Source: Vulcanimicrobiota bacterium
GTDB taxonomy: Bacteria > Vulcanimicrobiota > Vulcanimicrobiia > Vulcanimicrobiales > Vulcanimicrobiaceae
Length of the DNA: 64,000 bases
Assembly: GCA_963812155.1 (NCBI GenBank)
Contig: CAWETW010000003.1
Coordinates: 1,216,001 to 1,280,000 of the forward strand
Reading direction: 5' to 3'
In this document: piece after piece, positions 10,999 to 21,052 of the stretch
How positions within the stretch are numbered: position 1 is the stretch's first letter
Layout: each line of letters begins with the position of its first letter
The notes under the pieces: model-generated
Database searches by the model: none
Told to the model about the DNA's origin: nothing
Seen by the model: only the letters and a program-made list of their open reading frames with translations
Program-made: the position numbers and the translations under genes

Positions 10999-11595
10999 GG
11001 GAGGCGGGGGCGACGAGTTCGGATTCCAGCGGTATTCCGGCTCGTTGCGGTCGTGGTTGATCCAACGAGACCAGACGAAGAGCGCGTCGGAGAGACGATT
11101 GAGAAAGCGCGCGGCTTCGACCGGTACCGCTTCGGTTTCGGCCAGTGCGACGAGACGGCGTTCGGCGCGGCGGCAGGTCGTGCGCGCGACGTGCAGTTGC
11201 GCGCCCGGGAGCGATCCGCTCGGGAGAATGAAGGCGTTGAGCGGCGCGAGATCCGCTTCAGCCTCGTCGATCCCGCGCTCGAGCGCGGCAACTCCGGCGT
11301 CGCCGGCGCCGGGCCCGCCGTCGCCGAGATCCTCCGGCGGAGTCGCCAAGCGGCTTCCGAGGTTGAATAGCACGTCTTGCGTCCATGCCAGCCATGCGTC
11401 GAGCCGCGCGGCTCGAGGCGACTGGTTGCAGAACGCGCGCAACTCGGCCCGAGCAACGCCGATCGCGCTCGATAGTTCGTCGACGGTTCCGTAGGCGTCG
11501 ATGCGCGGCGCGTTCTTCTTGATGCGCGCGCCGCCCACGAGTCCGGTCGTTCCCGCATCGCCGGTGCGGGTGTAGATGCGCGTATGCTTCGGCAT
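10987..11595 (-). CDS. PduO-type cob(I)alamin adenosyltransferase
   Basis: IYTRTGDAGTTGL, AYGTVDELSSAIG, FILPSG, LHVARTTCRRAER, FLNRLSDALF. Confidence 0.93.
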   Translation of the reverse strand: MPKHTRIYTRTGDAGTTGLVGGARIKKNAPRIDAYGTVDELSSAIGVARAELRAFCNQSPRAARLDAWLAWTQDVLFNLGSRLATPPEDLGDGGPGAGDAGVAALERGIDEAEADLAPLNAFILPSGSLPGAQLHVARTTCRRAERRLVALAETEAVPVEAARFLNRLSDALFVWSRWINHDRNEPEYRWNPNSSPPPPVSP

Positions 11596-11687
11596 CCGGC
11601 GAGGCTTCGCCGAACGCGCGTCCATCCCCGGAACGTTCGCTCGTGAGGGAAGGCGGCCCGCCGCACGCGCGCGAAGCGGGGCCGGTC

Positions 11688-13151
11688 ATGTCGCAAGCCC
11701 CAGGATCGGCCGTCCTCAGGGAGATTCCTTCGAAAGCGGCCGACCTCTCCGCATGGTACACCGCCGTCTGTTTGCGTGCCGAGCTCGTCTCGTACTCGCC
11801 GGTCCGCGGTTGCATCGTGCTGCGCCCCTACGGATACGGCCTGTGGGAGAATTTGCAGAAAGATCTCGACGCGCGCTTCAAAGCGACCGGACACGAAAAC
11901 GCCTACTTTCCGCTCTTCATTCCCGAGAGTCTGCTCGCAAAGGAAGCCGAGCACGTCGAAGGCTTCGCCCCGGAGGTCGCCTGGGTAACGCGCGGCGGCA
12001 GCGAAGAGCTGACCGAGCCGCTGGCAATCCGGCCGACGTCGGAAGTCGTGATCGGCACGATGTACGCGCAATGGATCGAGTCGTACCGCGATCTGCCGAT
12101 CCTCATCAATCAGTGGGCGAACGTCGTGCGGTGGGAAAAGGCTACGCGGCCGTTTCTGCGCACGATGGAGTTTTTGTGGCAGGAGGGTCACACCGCGCAC
12201 GCCTCTGCAGAAGAAGCGCGCGCCGAAACGCTGCAAATGCTCGACGTCTATCGCGACTTCGCCGAAAACGTCGCGGCGGTACCGGTATACGCCGGCATCA
12301 AAAGCGAGAGCGAGCGGTTTCCCGGCGCGGTCGAAACGTATTCGATCGAAGCGCTCATGCCCGACGGGCGCGCGCTGCAGTCGGCAACTTCGCACGATCT
12401 GGGGCAGAACTTCGCGAAAGCCTACGACATTACGTTTGCCGACGCGAGCCAGCAGATCAAGCACGCGTACACGACCTCGTGGGGGATGTCGTGGCGCATG
12501 CTCGGCGCCCTCATCATGACGCACGGCGACGACCGCGGTTTGCGCATCCCGCCGAAGATGGCGCCGCTCGAAGCGGTGTTCGTTCCGATCGTACGCTCGC
12601 AGGACGACCGGGCCATTTCGGTCTGCCGCGAGGCTTGCGAAGAACTGCGCAAGGCCGGCTTTCGCGTGCGCGTCGACGAGCGCGATCAGCAACCCGGCTG
12701 GAAGTACAGCGAGTGGGACGTGCGCGGCGTCCCGGTGCGAATCGAGGTGGGTCCGCGCGACGTGGATGCGGGAACGGTGGTTGTCGTCCGGCGCGATCGC
12801 GACAAAGGACATCCCGAGCAGCGGACCACGGTCGCGCTCGAAGCGCTCGCGCGAACCCTGCCGGAGATACTCGACGCCGTGCAGGCGTCGCTCTATGCAG
12901 ACGCCGCCGCCTTTCTCCGCAATCACACGCCGCCGGCGCACGACCGGGACGCGTTTCTTTCGATGTGCCGCGAACGCGCCGGGATGATCGACATTCCGTG
13001 GTGCGGACGGCCGTCGTGCGAGGCCCACGTGAAGGCAGAAACGGGAGCGACGACACGAAACCTCCGGCCGCTCGCCGAAGGGGCCGGAAGCCGCTGCGTC
13101 GCGTGCGGCGAACCTGCGAAAGTGAGCGCATATTTTGCTCAGTCGTATTAA
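11688..13151 (+). CDS. proS: proline--tRNA ligase (archaeal/eukaryote-like type, no editing insertion)
   Basis: HVEGFAPE, IRPTSE, QWANVVRWE, FLRTMEFLWQEGHT, SHDLGQNF, C-terminal Cys and FAQSY end. Confidence 0.96.
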   Translation: MSQAPGSAVLREIPSKAADLSAWYTAVCLRAELVSYSPVRGCIVLRPYGYGLWENLQKDLDARFKATGHENAYFPLFIPESLLAKEAEHVEGFAPEVAWVTRGGSEELTEPLAIRPTSEVVIGTMYAQWIESYRDLPILINQWANVVRWEKATRPFLRTMEFLWQEGHTAHASAEEARAETLQMLDVYRDFAENVAAVPVYAGIKSESERFPGAVETYSIEALMPDGRALQSATSHDLGQNFAKAYDITFADASQQIKHAYTTSWGMSWRMLGALIMTHGDDRGLRIPPKMAPLEAVFVPIVRSQDDRAISVCREACEELRKAGFRVRVDERDQQPGWKYSEWDVRGVPVRIEVGPRDVDAGTVVVVRRDRDKGHPEQRTTVALEALARTLPEILDAVQASLYADAAAFLRNHTPPAHDRDAFLSMCRERAGMIDIPWCGRPSCEAHVKAETGATTRNLRPLAEGAGSRCVACGEPAKVSAYFAQSY

Positions 13152-13701
13152 GGCAGTGCCGTTGGCCGCGATGCTGGCGGCCGTCACGGCGTTCGCGTCG
13201 CCTTCGGCGCGAGCGGCCGTCCCGTCGCTGGCCGACGTGGACGCGACGGCTCGCGCGTCGGGCAATCGGATCGACGTCGCCACCCGCATCGGCGAGAGCA
13301 TCTTCGCGACTTCCTGGCCGGCGCAAGTCAGCCAAGTTTCCGCCAATCAAATGGATCGGCACTTAATCGTCGGCATACGCCTCTGGGGCGTGAAGTTTCA
13401 CGACGAAATGACGCGGCGGGAGTTCGTCACCGAGGTCACCGACCTCATCGCCCGAGCGTACGCGGCGGCACCTGCGGTCGAAGAGGTCGACGTCTGGGCG
13501 AGCGTGCCGATCGAAGTCGCTAGAGGCGAAATCGTCAGCGGCGACCTAGCGGTTCCCACGTCGCGAACCGTCTTCAGCATCACCTCGCGTCGCGGCGAGG
13601 CGGCCGCCGAGATCGAAACGCGCGCGAGCGGCCAGCGCGAAGGCGTGTTCTGGGACGAAGAATGGGCGCGCACTGCGTTTGCGAAACAGGAGGCACTCTA
13701 G
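13135..13701 (+). CDS. hypothetical secreted protein (start uncertain)
   Basis: Signal peptide ending SARA; bridges proS and M16 peptidase with overlapping junctions. Confidence 0.7.
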   Translation: MLSRIKAVPLAAMLAAVTAFASPSARAAVPSLADVDATARASGNRIDVATRIGESIFATSWPAQVSQVSANQMDRHLIVGIRLWGVKFHDEMTRREFVTEVTDLIARAYAAAPAVEEVDVWASVPIEVARGEIVSGDLAVPTSRTVFSITSRRGEAAAEIETRASGQREGVFWDEEWARTAFAKQEAL

Positions 13702-13709
13702 CCAAACCG

Positions 13710-14966
13710 ATGTATCGCAAAACGACGTTTCCCAGTGGATTGCGCGTGCTGACCGAAGCCATGCCTTCGGTGCGCTCGGTTTCGATCGGCATTTGGGCGG
13801 ACGTCGGCTCGGCGGCTGAAACCCACGACCGGCGCGGCATCTCGCATCTCGTCGAGCACATGCTGTTCAAGGGCACGCAGCGCCGCAGCGCGCGTGCGAT
13901 TGCCGAGACCATGGACGGCGTCGGCGGGAATCTCAACGCCTTCACCGACAAAGAATCGACCTGCTACTACGCCAAAGTCATAGACCGCCACGCACCGCTG
14001 GCGCTGGACGTGCTCGCCGACATGTTTCTCAACTCGGTCTTCGACTCGGCCGAACTCGGCAAAGAGCAAAAGGTCGTGCTCGAAGAGATCAAGATGTACG
14101 AGGACTCGCCCGACGAACTGATCCACGACCTCTTTCTGCAAACGATGTGGAGCGGCGCGAATCTGGGCGAGCCGACGATTGGATTCACCGACACCGTCGT
14201 GCGGTTTACCCCCGACGATTTGCGCGCCCACATGAAACGGCACTACGCGCCCAACGCCGTCGTCGTCGCGGCGGCCGGAAACCTCGAGCACGAGCACTTC
14301 GCGGAAATGGTGGAACGGGAGTTCGCCGCCTTCGGGGGCGCGTGCGTCCAGCCGCGACCCGAAGCGCCCCAAACGACCCCGAACCGTTTGATCCGCCACA
14401 AGGACTCGGAACAGGCTTACGTGGTGGTGGGCACGCGAGGTCTTTCGGTGCGCGACGAACGGCGCTACTCGCTGTCGTTGCTCGATACGCTGCTCGGCGG
14501 CGGCATGTCGAGCCGTCTCTTTCAAGAGATTCGCGAAAAGCGTGGCCTGGTCTACACGGTCTATTCCTTCCAAGCCGCATACCGCGGCGCCGGACTCTTC
14601 GGGGTTTACGCCGGCACGTCGCCCGAAAACGTGCAGTCGTATCTCGATCTGGTGTCCGAGCAGTTTACGAAGGTGCGTAATCTGCGGGTGGATTCCGGCG
14701 AACTGCGCCTCGCCAAGGAGCACGTCAAAGGAAACCTCACGCTCTCGCTCGAGTCGACCTCGAGCCGCATGATTCGTTTGGGCCGCAACGAGTTCGCGCT
14801 GGGGCGGCACGTTACGCCGGAAGAAATCGAACAGCGTATTGACGCGGTCACCGCCGGCGAGGTGCAAGAGCTGGCGAACGAATTGCTCGCGGAAAAGAAT
14901 CTGGGACTATGCGTCATCGGCCCGGTCGACGAGTCGGCGATCGCGTGGAACCGTGACGCCGCTTAG
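13710..14966 (+). CDS. M16 (pitrilysin-family) zinc peptidase
   Basis: HLVEHMLFKGT inverted zincin motif, NAFTDKE, LGGGMSSRLFQEIREKRGLVY. Confidence 0.95.
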   Translation: MYRKTTFPSGLRVLTEAMPSVRSVSIGIWADVGSAAETHDRRGISHLVEHMLFKGTQRRSARAIAETMDGVGGNLNAFTDKESTCYYAKVIDRHAPLALDVLADMFLNSVFDSAELGKEQKVVLEEIKMYEDSPDELIHDLFLQTMWSGANLGEPTIGFTDTVVRFTPDDLRAHMKRHYAPNAVVVAAAGNLEHEHFAEMVEREFAAFGGACVQPRPEAPQTTPNRLIRHKDSEQAYVVVGTRGLSVRDERRYSLSLLDTLLGGGMSSRLFQEIREKRGLVYTVYSFQAAYRGAGLFGVYAGTSPENVQSYLDLVSEQFTKVRNLRVDSGELRLAKEHVKGNLTLSLESTSSRMIRLGRNEFALGRHVTPEEIEQRIDAVTAGEVQELANELLAEKNLGLCVIGPVDESAIAWNRDAA

Positions 14967-15876
14967 GATCGTCAGCGAGACGCACGCCGGTTTTCCTTTT
15001 TGGACCTGGCAGCTCGTCGTTGCCCTGATCGTCAACGCGATCGTTCAGGCAATACAGATCGGCGCCTATGCGGCGCGGCTGGCGGGCGTTCGCACCGGTC
15101 GCATCGCCACCTCGATCTCGCTCTTCAACCTCTTCGTCACGGCCAGCCGCCTTGCGACGCTCGTGTATACGTTGATGCTCGGTCCGCTTGCCGACGCCGC
15201 CGGCAATACGGTCAAGGCGCTTCTGCCGCGCGTACCCGCTGCGGCGATTGCACCGCTGCGAGCGGACGCCATCGCGGGCGTGCAGCACACGTTCGAGTGG
15301 CAGCTGCGAGCGATTATCATTGCAGGTACGATCGGAACCGTCATCGGCAGCCTGCTGCTGCCGGCATTCACCTACACGTACGTGCGCGGCGTGCGCTCCT
15401 TCGAGCGCACGAAATCGGTCCCGCATTCGCTCGTGCGGCTCTTCAACGTGCGGGTGATCGGCGCAATCTTCCAACGAATTCGCGTGCCGCACTATCGCGA
15501 GATTTTTGCGTTCTCGACGACCGGCATCCCGCGCCGCCTGCTGATATTCAACGTCGTGGTCACCGGCGTCTACGCGATCGGCGTGGTAGCTGCATACTAT
15601 GCCAGCGTCTTGGACGTCAACGTCGCGCGTACCGCGATCGGCATTTCGGGCATCGTCAACGGCATCGGGACGGTTGCGTTTACCCTCTTCGTCGATCCCA
15701 CGTCGTCGATCATCGTCGACGAAGCCGTTAAGGGCGAACGCCCGCACGGCGAAGTGAAATCCATGGTCTTCTACCTGGCGGCATCGGCGATCGTCGGCTG
15801 GCTGCTTTCGCAGCTCATCCTGTGGCCGGCGGCGGAAATAATCAAGGTAGTGGCGCATTTGGTGAACCGTGGATGA
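14953..15876 (+). CDS. amj: lipid II flippase Amj family protein (DUF2837)
   Basis: AYAARLAGVRTGRIATSISLFN, SGIVNGIGT..LFVDP, multi-TM. Confidence 0.85.
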   Translation: MTPLRIVSETHAGFPFWTWQLVVALIVNAIVQAIQIGAYAARLAGVRTGRIATSISLFNLFVTASRLATLVYTLMLGPLADAAGNTVKALLPRVPAAAIAPLRADAIAGVQHTFEWQLRAIIIAGTIGTVIGSLLLPAFTYTYVRGVRSFERTKSVPHSLVRLFNVRVIGAIFQRIRVPHYREIFAFSTTGIPRRLLIFNVVVTGVYAIGVVAAYYASVLDVNVARTAIGISGIVNGIGTVAFTLFVDPTSSIIVDEAVKGERPHGEVKSMVFYLAASAIVGWLLSQLILWPAAEIIKVVAHLVNRG

Positions 15877-16532
15877 GCGGGGTACCGATGCATAGGTGGG
15901 TCGCCGCATTGGCGCTGGCATTTGGAGTGACGGGATGCGCGGCCTCGATTCAGGAGTGGATCGTGAACGAGCGCGTGCACCAAGGCCAGATCGCGCTCGA
16001 GCGCGGCGACGTGCGGGATGCCGAGCTCGCGTACAGCTTGGCGCTGCGCGTCGATCCCCAGGATCCACGGGCGCAAGCTGGTTACGTGCGCGCGGCGGCT
16101 GGTTTCGCGCAGGCGCAGTACGCCAAAGGAAACTTCGAGGATGCGCTGGCAACGATCCGCGACGGTCTTGCGATCGATCCGCAGAGCGTGCACTTAGCCG
16201 CGCTCAGGCGGACGATCGAAGCGGCCCGTCTCGAGCGCGAGATCGTCGTGTCGAACTATCCCAGTTATCGAGAGGCCGGTTCGGCGTTGGCGCGCTCGTA
16301 CGAACAGCTGCAGGTGACGAACAAGCAGTTGATACGCAGTCTGAAGCGCTTCGCCAACACGTTCGACGATGCGGATCTCGTCAGCGCGATCAAGCGAAGC
16401 TACGAGCTGCAGCTCGACGTGGCCAAGAACGCGAACCGTCTGATTGCCTACCGCCAGCTCGTAACGTCGGGCGTGCCGGCGAATGCCTCCGAGGCGGCGC
16501 CGTCGACGACGTCGCTGCTTCCGCTGCCCTAG
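15873..16532 (+). CDS. TPR-repeat lipoprotein
   Basis: Lipobox VTGC; TPR-like ALRVDPQD, GLAIDPQS. Confidence 0.75.
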   Translation: MSGVPMHRWVAALALAFGVTGCAASIQEWIVNERVHQGQIALERGDVRDAELAYSLALRVDPQDPRAQAGYVRAAAGFAQAQYAKGNFEDALATIRDGLAIDPQSVHLAALRRTIEAARLEREIVVSNYPSYREAGSALARSYEQLQVTNKQLIRSLKRFANTFDDADLVSAIKRSYELQLDVAKNANRLIAYRQLVTSGVPANASEAAPSTTSLLPLP

Positions 16533-16544
16533 GAGCCCGCTCTT

Positions 16545-17327
16545 ATGGTCGAATGGCTCGACACCGTACCAGCCTTCGTTTCCGGAACGGTTATCGTGGC
16601 GGGATTCGTTGCGGTCTCGCTGCTCATCGCCTACGTCGTCGACAAGGCAACGCCGCGAGAACTCCGCATCGAGCACAACGATTTGGCCGGATTCATCCTG
16701 GCGGTCATCGGGGTCATCTATGCGGTGCTGATCGCCTTCGTAACGATCGGCGTGTGGGATCGCTTCGAGGTCGCCGAATCGCGCAGTTACGAGGAGGCGG
16801 CGGCACTCACGTCAATCTATCGCGACGCATCCTCGTTCGAACAGAGCCGCGAACTGCGCGCGGCGGTCCGCAGCTACGTCGACGAGTTGCTGGCCGACGA
16901 GTGGCCGCGGATGGCGCGCGGAGAAGAATCTCCGCGCGTCGACACAAAAATGGAACGGATCGATGCGATGGTGCGCGGCCTGAAAGTCGACTCACAGTCG
17001 CGCCAGGACGTGCACGACCAGATGCTGGCAGAACTCAACGTGGCGCTCGGCGACCGCGACGCGCGCCTGGCCGAAGATGCCACCGGCCTCAACGGCGTTA
17101 TGTGGTTCGTTCTCCTGCTCGGGGCGTTCGTCACCATCGGATTTACGAGTCTGTTCGGATTCCGGCACGACGCCATGCAATACGTCATGATCGGGACGCT
17201 CGCGCTGCTCATTGGGCTCGTGCTCTTTCTGGCGATCGCGCTCAACTATCCGTATCGCGGCGCGGTCACCGTCGATCCAAAAGCATTTCACACGGCTTTG
17301 CGCACCTTCGACGCCCTCGGGCCCTAG
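16545..17327 (+). CDS. DUF4239-like membrane protein
   Basis: IGVIYAVLIAFV..VW, YVDELLADEWPRM, LNYPYRG pattern; 4 TM segments. Confidence 0.8.
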   Translation: MVEWLDTVPAFVSGTVIVAGFVAVSLLIAYVVDKATPRELRIEHNDLAGFILAVIGVIYAVLIAFVTIGVWDRFEVAESRSYEEAAALTSIYRDASSFEQSRELRAAVRSYVDELLADEWPRMARGEESPRVDTKMERIDAMVRGLKVDSQSRQDVHDQMLAELNVALGDRDARLAEDATGLNGVMWFVLLLGAFVTIGFTSLFGFRHDAMQYVMIGTLALLIGLVLFLAIALNYPYRGAVTVDPKAFHTALRTFDALGP

Positions 17328-17416
17328 GAAGGTCCGATTAGTCCCGACTCGTCGTCAGCTCGGGGGCTCATTTGCCATAGCAAACTTCACCCCTCGCTTC
17401 CTAGATTCGGAACAAA

Positions 17417-19066
17417 TCAGACCTTCCTTACATTTGTAGTGCATAATGGGGCGTGCGCGTCGAGAAACGCTCGTCCCGCTCCCTTGCGTTCGGCAGAACG
17501 AAACGCGCGCCAGAAGGTTTGCGCGTTCGGAAGTTCCTTCGCGGGATCCGTTTCGTAGACGATCCATTGCGCGCGAGGGTCGAGCACGGGATAGCGTTGG
17601 AGGAACGCGCAGAGTTCGACGTTGCGGCGCAGACGGTTGTCTTCGATGGAAATGAAGTACCGTGCACCCTTGCGAATCGCGCTTTCTTCGTCGAAGGGCG
17701 TCCATAGCAGCGGGTCTTCCTCCCAGCCGAAGCGGTCGATGTAGTACTGGACGTCCGGGCCGTAGTGCCCGATGACGACCAGAGCATTGCGATCGAGGGT
17801 CGCATCGAGAAATGTTGCGTGGCGATACGCGATGCGGTTGTAGCCGTAGTAGGCTGCCACGGCCGCGCGCCCTTGCAGCAGCACGCCGATGGCCAGCAGC
17901 GGCACGACGGCAAACAGCGCCCAACGCGCGGCGGCGGAGGCATCGGCATCGAGCGCGCCACGGGCTAAGCCCGCAGCAGCGCCGCCCAGCACCAGCGCGC
18001 ATAACGGAACGAGCGGCAGCATGTAGTAGTCGACGCGTTCCACCGTCACGACGACGAAGACGTAGAGGAGCCCCGCCCCGAGCCACGCCCAGAGCAGCGG
18101 CGCGCTGCGCACGCGCAAAAACGGCAGCGCAATCAGCGAGAGGATCGTCGCGAGGAACGCGGCGTTGCCGAGGATGCGCTGGCGAAAGAGTCCCAAGACC
18201 GCGAAAAATGCGCTTAGCTTCGCGCCGAATGCGGAGAAGCCGGAGAAACTGGCGCGCAGCGCGGGCAGGACGTGCAAGGTCGTGATGCCGCTGGCCCAAT
18301 GCCACTCGGCGTACGACGCCACGCGCCGGTCGTAGAGCCAGAGAATGACCAACGGCACGATCACCAGCACTGCCGCAGCGGTGGGACGCGTCGGCATGCC
18401 CGCGCGTGCGCGCTGCCACACCATCGCGAGCACCGGCACGACGGCGAGCACCGCAACCGGCTTTGCCAAATACGCGAACGTGAGGAGCGCCGTCGTGCGC
18501 GCGAGCGCGCGCGGCCCGATCGATTCGTCCTCGAGCAGCAGCCGAAGCGCCGAGTAGAGCGCCGCGGTGAGAAAAAAGACCATCGCCGCGTCGGGCATGA
18601 AGGTGCGCCCGTAGTAGACGCTCCCGGGAAGAACTGCGAAAAAAAAGCTCGCGGCCAGTCCGGCCGCGCGGCTGGCAAAGAGCCAGCGGCCGAAGTAGGC
18701 GACGACGACGACGGTTGCAAGGCTGAAGACAATCGAGACGAGACGTCCGATGACGACCTGGATGCCGAACACCTTATAGAGCGTTGCGGCGAGGAACGGA
18801 ACGATCTGCAGTTCGAGTTCTACGTAGTTCGGAGGGGCGCCGTTGTAGATGGTCTGAGGATGCATGAGATCGTATTGCAGGCGCACGAAGTTTCGCGCGA
18901 TGCTCGCCGTGTCGCCCTGCCGCCATCCAGGATGATCGAGGATCGGGTTGTGAATCCCGTGCAGACGCAACACCAGCCCGAGCCCGACGACCAGAAGCAC
19001 GCCGAGCGTCCACCAGGTCTGCAGCCCGGATACAGCGATACCGACGCGCGCGTTCGCGCCCTCTAG
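17417..19066 (-). CDS. GT-C glycosyltransferase (ArnT/PMT_2-like); start uncertain
   Basis: HPGWRQGDTASIARNF, GRLVS, YYGRTFMPD, LAKP; many TM segments. Confidence 0.85.
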   Translation of the reverse strand, partial: LEGANARVGIAVSGLQTWWTLGVLLVVGLGLVLRLHGIHNPILDHPGWRQGDTASIARNFVRLQYDLMHPQTIYNGAPPNYVELELQIVPFLAATLYKVFGIQVVIGRLVSIVFSLATVVVVAYFGRWLFASRAAGLAASFFFAVLPGSVYYGRTFMPDAAMVFFLTAALYSALRLLLEDESIGPRALARTTALLTFAYLAKPVAVLAVVPVLAMVWQRARAGMPTRPTAAAVLVIVPLVILWLYDRRVASYAEWHWASGITTLHVLPALRASFSGFSAFGAKLSAFFAVLGLFRQRILGNAAFLATILSLIALPFLRVRSAPLLWAWLGAGLLYVFVVVTVERVDYYMLPLVPLCALVLGGAAAGLARGALDADASAAARWALFAVVPLLAIGVLLQGRAAVAAYYGYNRIAYRHATFLDATLDRNALVVIGHYGPDVQYYIDRFGWEEDPLLWTPFDEESAIRKGARYFISIEDNRLRRNVELCAFLQRYPVLDPRAQWIVYETDPAKELPNAQTFWRAFRSAERKGAGRAFLDAHAPLCTTNVRKV

Positions 19067-19485
19067 CGTGGCTTGAACGTCCAATACTTGTTCAGGAAGA
19101 AATTGATGAAGATGCCGCTCAGGTTCGCGACGAACCACGTCTTATGGCCGTGTCCGAGCCACGGGCTCACGGCTGCCGAGACGATCAGTCCGGCGGCCAA
19201 CGCGATCACCGAGACGCTCAGGAACTGCGCGCCCTCGCGCACCGCGTGGCCGGTCGAACGAAACGTCCATATGCGGTTGAGATAGAAGTTCGACACGCCG
19301 CCGGCCAAGAATGCGGCCGAGTAGATCAAGTCGTACTGCAGCGGCTTGGTGTGATCCGGGACGATCCGCTGCAAGAGCGTGAAGGCGACCAGATTGACGA
19401 GAAATCCCGACGCGCCCACGATTCCGAACTTGACGAACTGACGCACCCCGCGCCGCTGCGCGATCGAATGCAGCGCGTTAGGCAA
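19063..19485 (-). CDS. GtrA-family protein (putative lipid-linked sugar flippase)
   Basis: QFVKFGIVGASGFLVN, NFYLNRIWTF, NFFLNKYWTF. Confidence 0.92.
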   Translation of the reverse strand: MPNALHSIAQRRGVRQFVKFGIVGASGFLVNLVAFTLLQRIVPDHTKPLQYDLIYSAAFLAGGVSNFYLNRIWTFRSTGHAVREGAQFLSVSVIALAAGLIVSAAVSPWLGHGHKTWFVANLSGIFINFFLNKYWTFKPR

Positions 19486-20998
19486 CCCAATACCAGTCCG
19501 CAAATAGCACCGTGAAGAGGCCGAGCAGCGGCAGTGAGAAGGCTAGGATGAGGTTGTTGACCCAGGGACGCTCGCCCCAGCGAGCCAGAATGGCGAACAT
19601 CGGAAAGAGCACGAGCGCAAACCGCGGCATCGACATCAGGCTCGACGTCGACATCGGAATGAGGATCGAAAGCGCGAGGTAGGCGATGTACGAGGGCCGC
19701 AACTGTTTCCAACCGCCGGCGAGGACCGCAATCATCAGGACCGTGAAGGCGACCTCGAGCGACTCGTTGGCGAGAATCTGCCCGTTGGGTGCGTGCGCGA
19801 TCTTGTGAATCGAGTTGAACACGCTCACCCACGGCAGCGCGAGATGCCGGTTCCAGTGAATCTGTACGTGTGAGAAGTAGAGCGGATCGGCTCGCAGTAC
19901 CCAGAGGTACGCCATATAGACGGAGAGACCCAGCGGAACGAGGATTCCGGCGAGCAAATTCCACAGCCCGCGCAGCGGATCGCTGCGATACTGCGCGTAC
20001 CATTCGATGACGAACGGAACCACCAGGAGGACGCCTTCGACGCGCGTCAACGCGGCAAAGAAGCCGATGGCGCCGGCAAGCCACCAGCGATGCGCCCGCA
20101 TGTAGTAAAACGACGCGACCGTCAGCATGAAGAAGAGCGATTCGGTGTAGACCGCCGAGAAGAACACGGCCGACGGAAAGATCGAAACGTAAAAAATCGC
20201 GCGCCGCGCGACGCCGCGGTCGTATTCGTGCTCGAGCAATTTATAGAGAAAGAGTAACCCGAAAAAGAAGGACGCGTTCGAAACGAGCAGTCCGGCGACG
20301 AGATGATTGCCGGCGAGTGCGCCGACGACGCGAATCAGGAACGGATAGAGCGGAAAGAACGCCAGGTCCGTTCCGTGATAGCCCTTGCTGGCGACGTCGA
20401 TGTAGTGCACGGCGTCCCAGCGTCCCCACACGGCGAGCAACACGTGACTGGACTCCTGAACGTGCGTGCCGGCACGCTGGCCGATGATCGAAGCGGCGAG
20501 TTCCGCAATGACGATGATCGCCACTCGCGTGGCGACGAAGTCCAGCAGCACCTCGCGGACGGTTTGATTGAAGCGTGCGGCGATGAGCACCTTGACGACG
20601 CAGAACATCGTCGCGGCAACCAAAAACAGGCGCGCGCCGTGCGTGATCTGCGGCTGCAGCACGAAGGTGAGCCATAACAGAAGAAACGGCAGCCACGAAA
20701 GGGCGTCGTAGCGCAGCGAACGCGCGAGCGTCGTTCCGGAGCGGCGAGAAAAGTAGCGAGCGTAGCCCAGCCACACAGCCAGGGCCGCTGCGGCAAATCC
20801 GGGTACCGCGACGAGCAGGCCGAACTGAGCGAGAAATGCGTCGTGGCGCGGTACGATCACGGCGTACCATGCAAAGAACCCGAGCGTGAGGCCGCCTAGA
20901 GCGACGGCCGCGAGCGGGAGCCAACCCGAAACGAGCAGTTCGTCGAGGCGAGCCCAGCGCAAACGCAACGTTTGAGACGGGTGCGAAAAGGTGGACAC
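19478..20998 (-). CDS. PIG-V/Mannosyl_trans2-like GT-C mannosyltransferase with N-terminal membrane extension
   Basis: WGRWDAVHYIDVA, AFFPLYP, FFSAVYTESLF, SMPRFALVLFP. Confidence 0.88.
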   Translation of the reverse strand: MSTFSHPSQTLRLRWARLDELLVSGWLPLAAVALGGLTLGFFAWYAVIVPRHDAFLAQFGLLVAVPGFAAAALAVWLGYARYFSRRSGTTLARSLRYDALSWLPFLLLWLTFVLQPQITHGARLFLVAATMFCVVKVLIAARFNQTVREVLLDFVATRVAIIVIAELAASIIGQRAGTHVQESSHVLLAVWGRWDAVHYIDVASKGYHGTDLAFFPLYPFLIRVVGALAGNHLVAGLLVSNASFFFGLLFLYKLLEHEYDRGVARRAIFYVSIFPSAVFFSAVYTESLFFMLTVASFYYMRAHRWWLAGAIGFFAALTRVEGVLLVVPFVIEWYAQYRSDPLRGLWNLLAGILVPLGLSVYMAYLWVLRADPLYFSHVQIHWNRHLALPWVSVFNSIHKIAHAPNGQILANESLEVAFTVLMIAVLAGGWKQLRPSYIAYLALSILIPMSTSSLMSMPRFALVLFPMFAILARWGERPWVNNLILAFSLPLLGLFTVLFADWYWVA

Positions 20999-21052
20999 GG
21001 CGAAACTCCTTTTTAAGAGGATAACCGGCGCTTCCTTTTGTAGCCTGAGCGC

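Noticed and set aside
8441..11595. B12 uptake locus (btuB + adenosyltransferase, cobalamin riboswitch)
   Set aside because: The genes are convergent, not co-transcribed, and I see no cobalamin riboswitch; the TBDR upstream region is occupied by the RGPP leader ORF.
13688..13712. CTA start for the M16 peptidase after SD AGGAGG
   Set aside because: An in-frame ATG lies 12 nt downstream and precedes the conserved domain, so a non-canonical start is not required.
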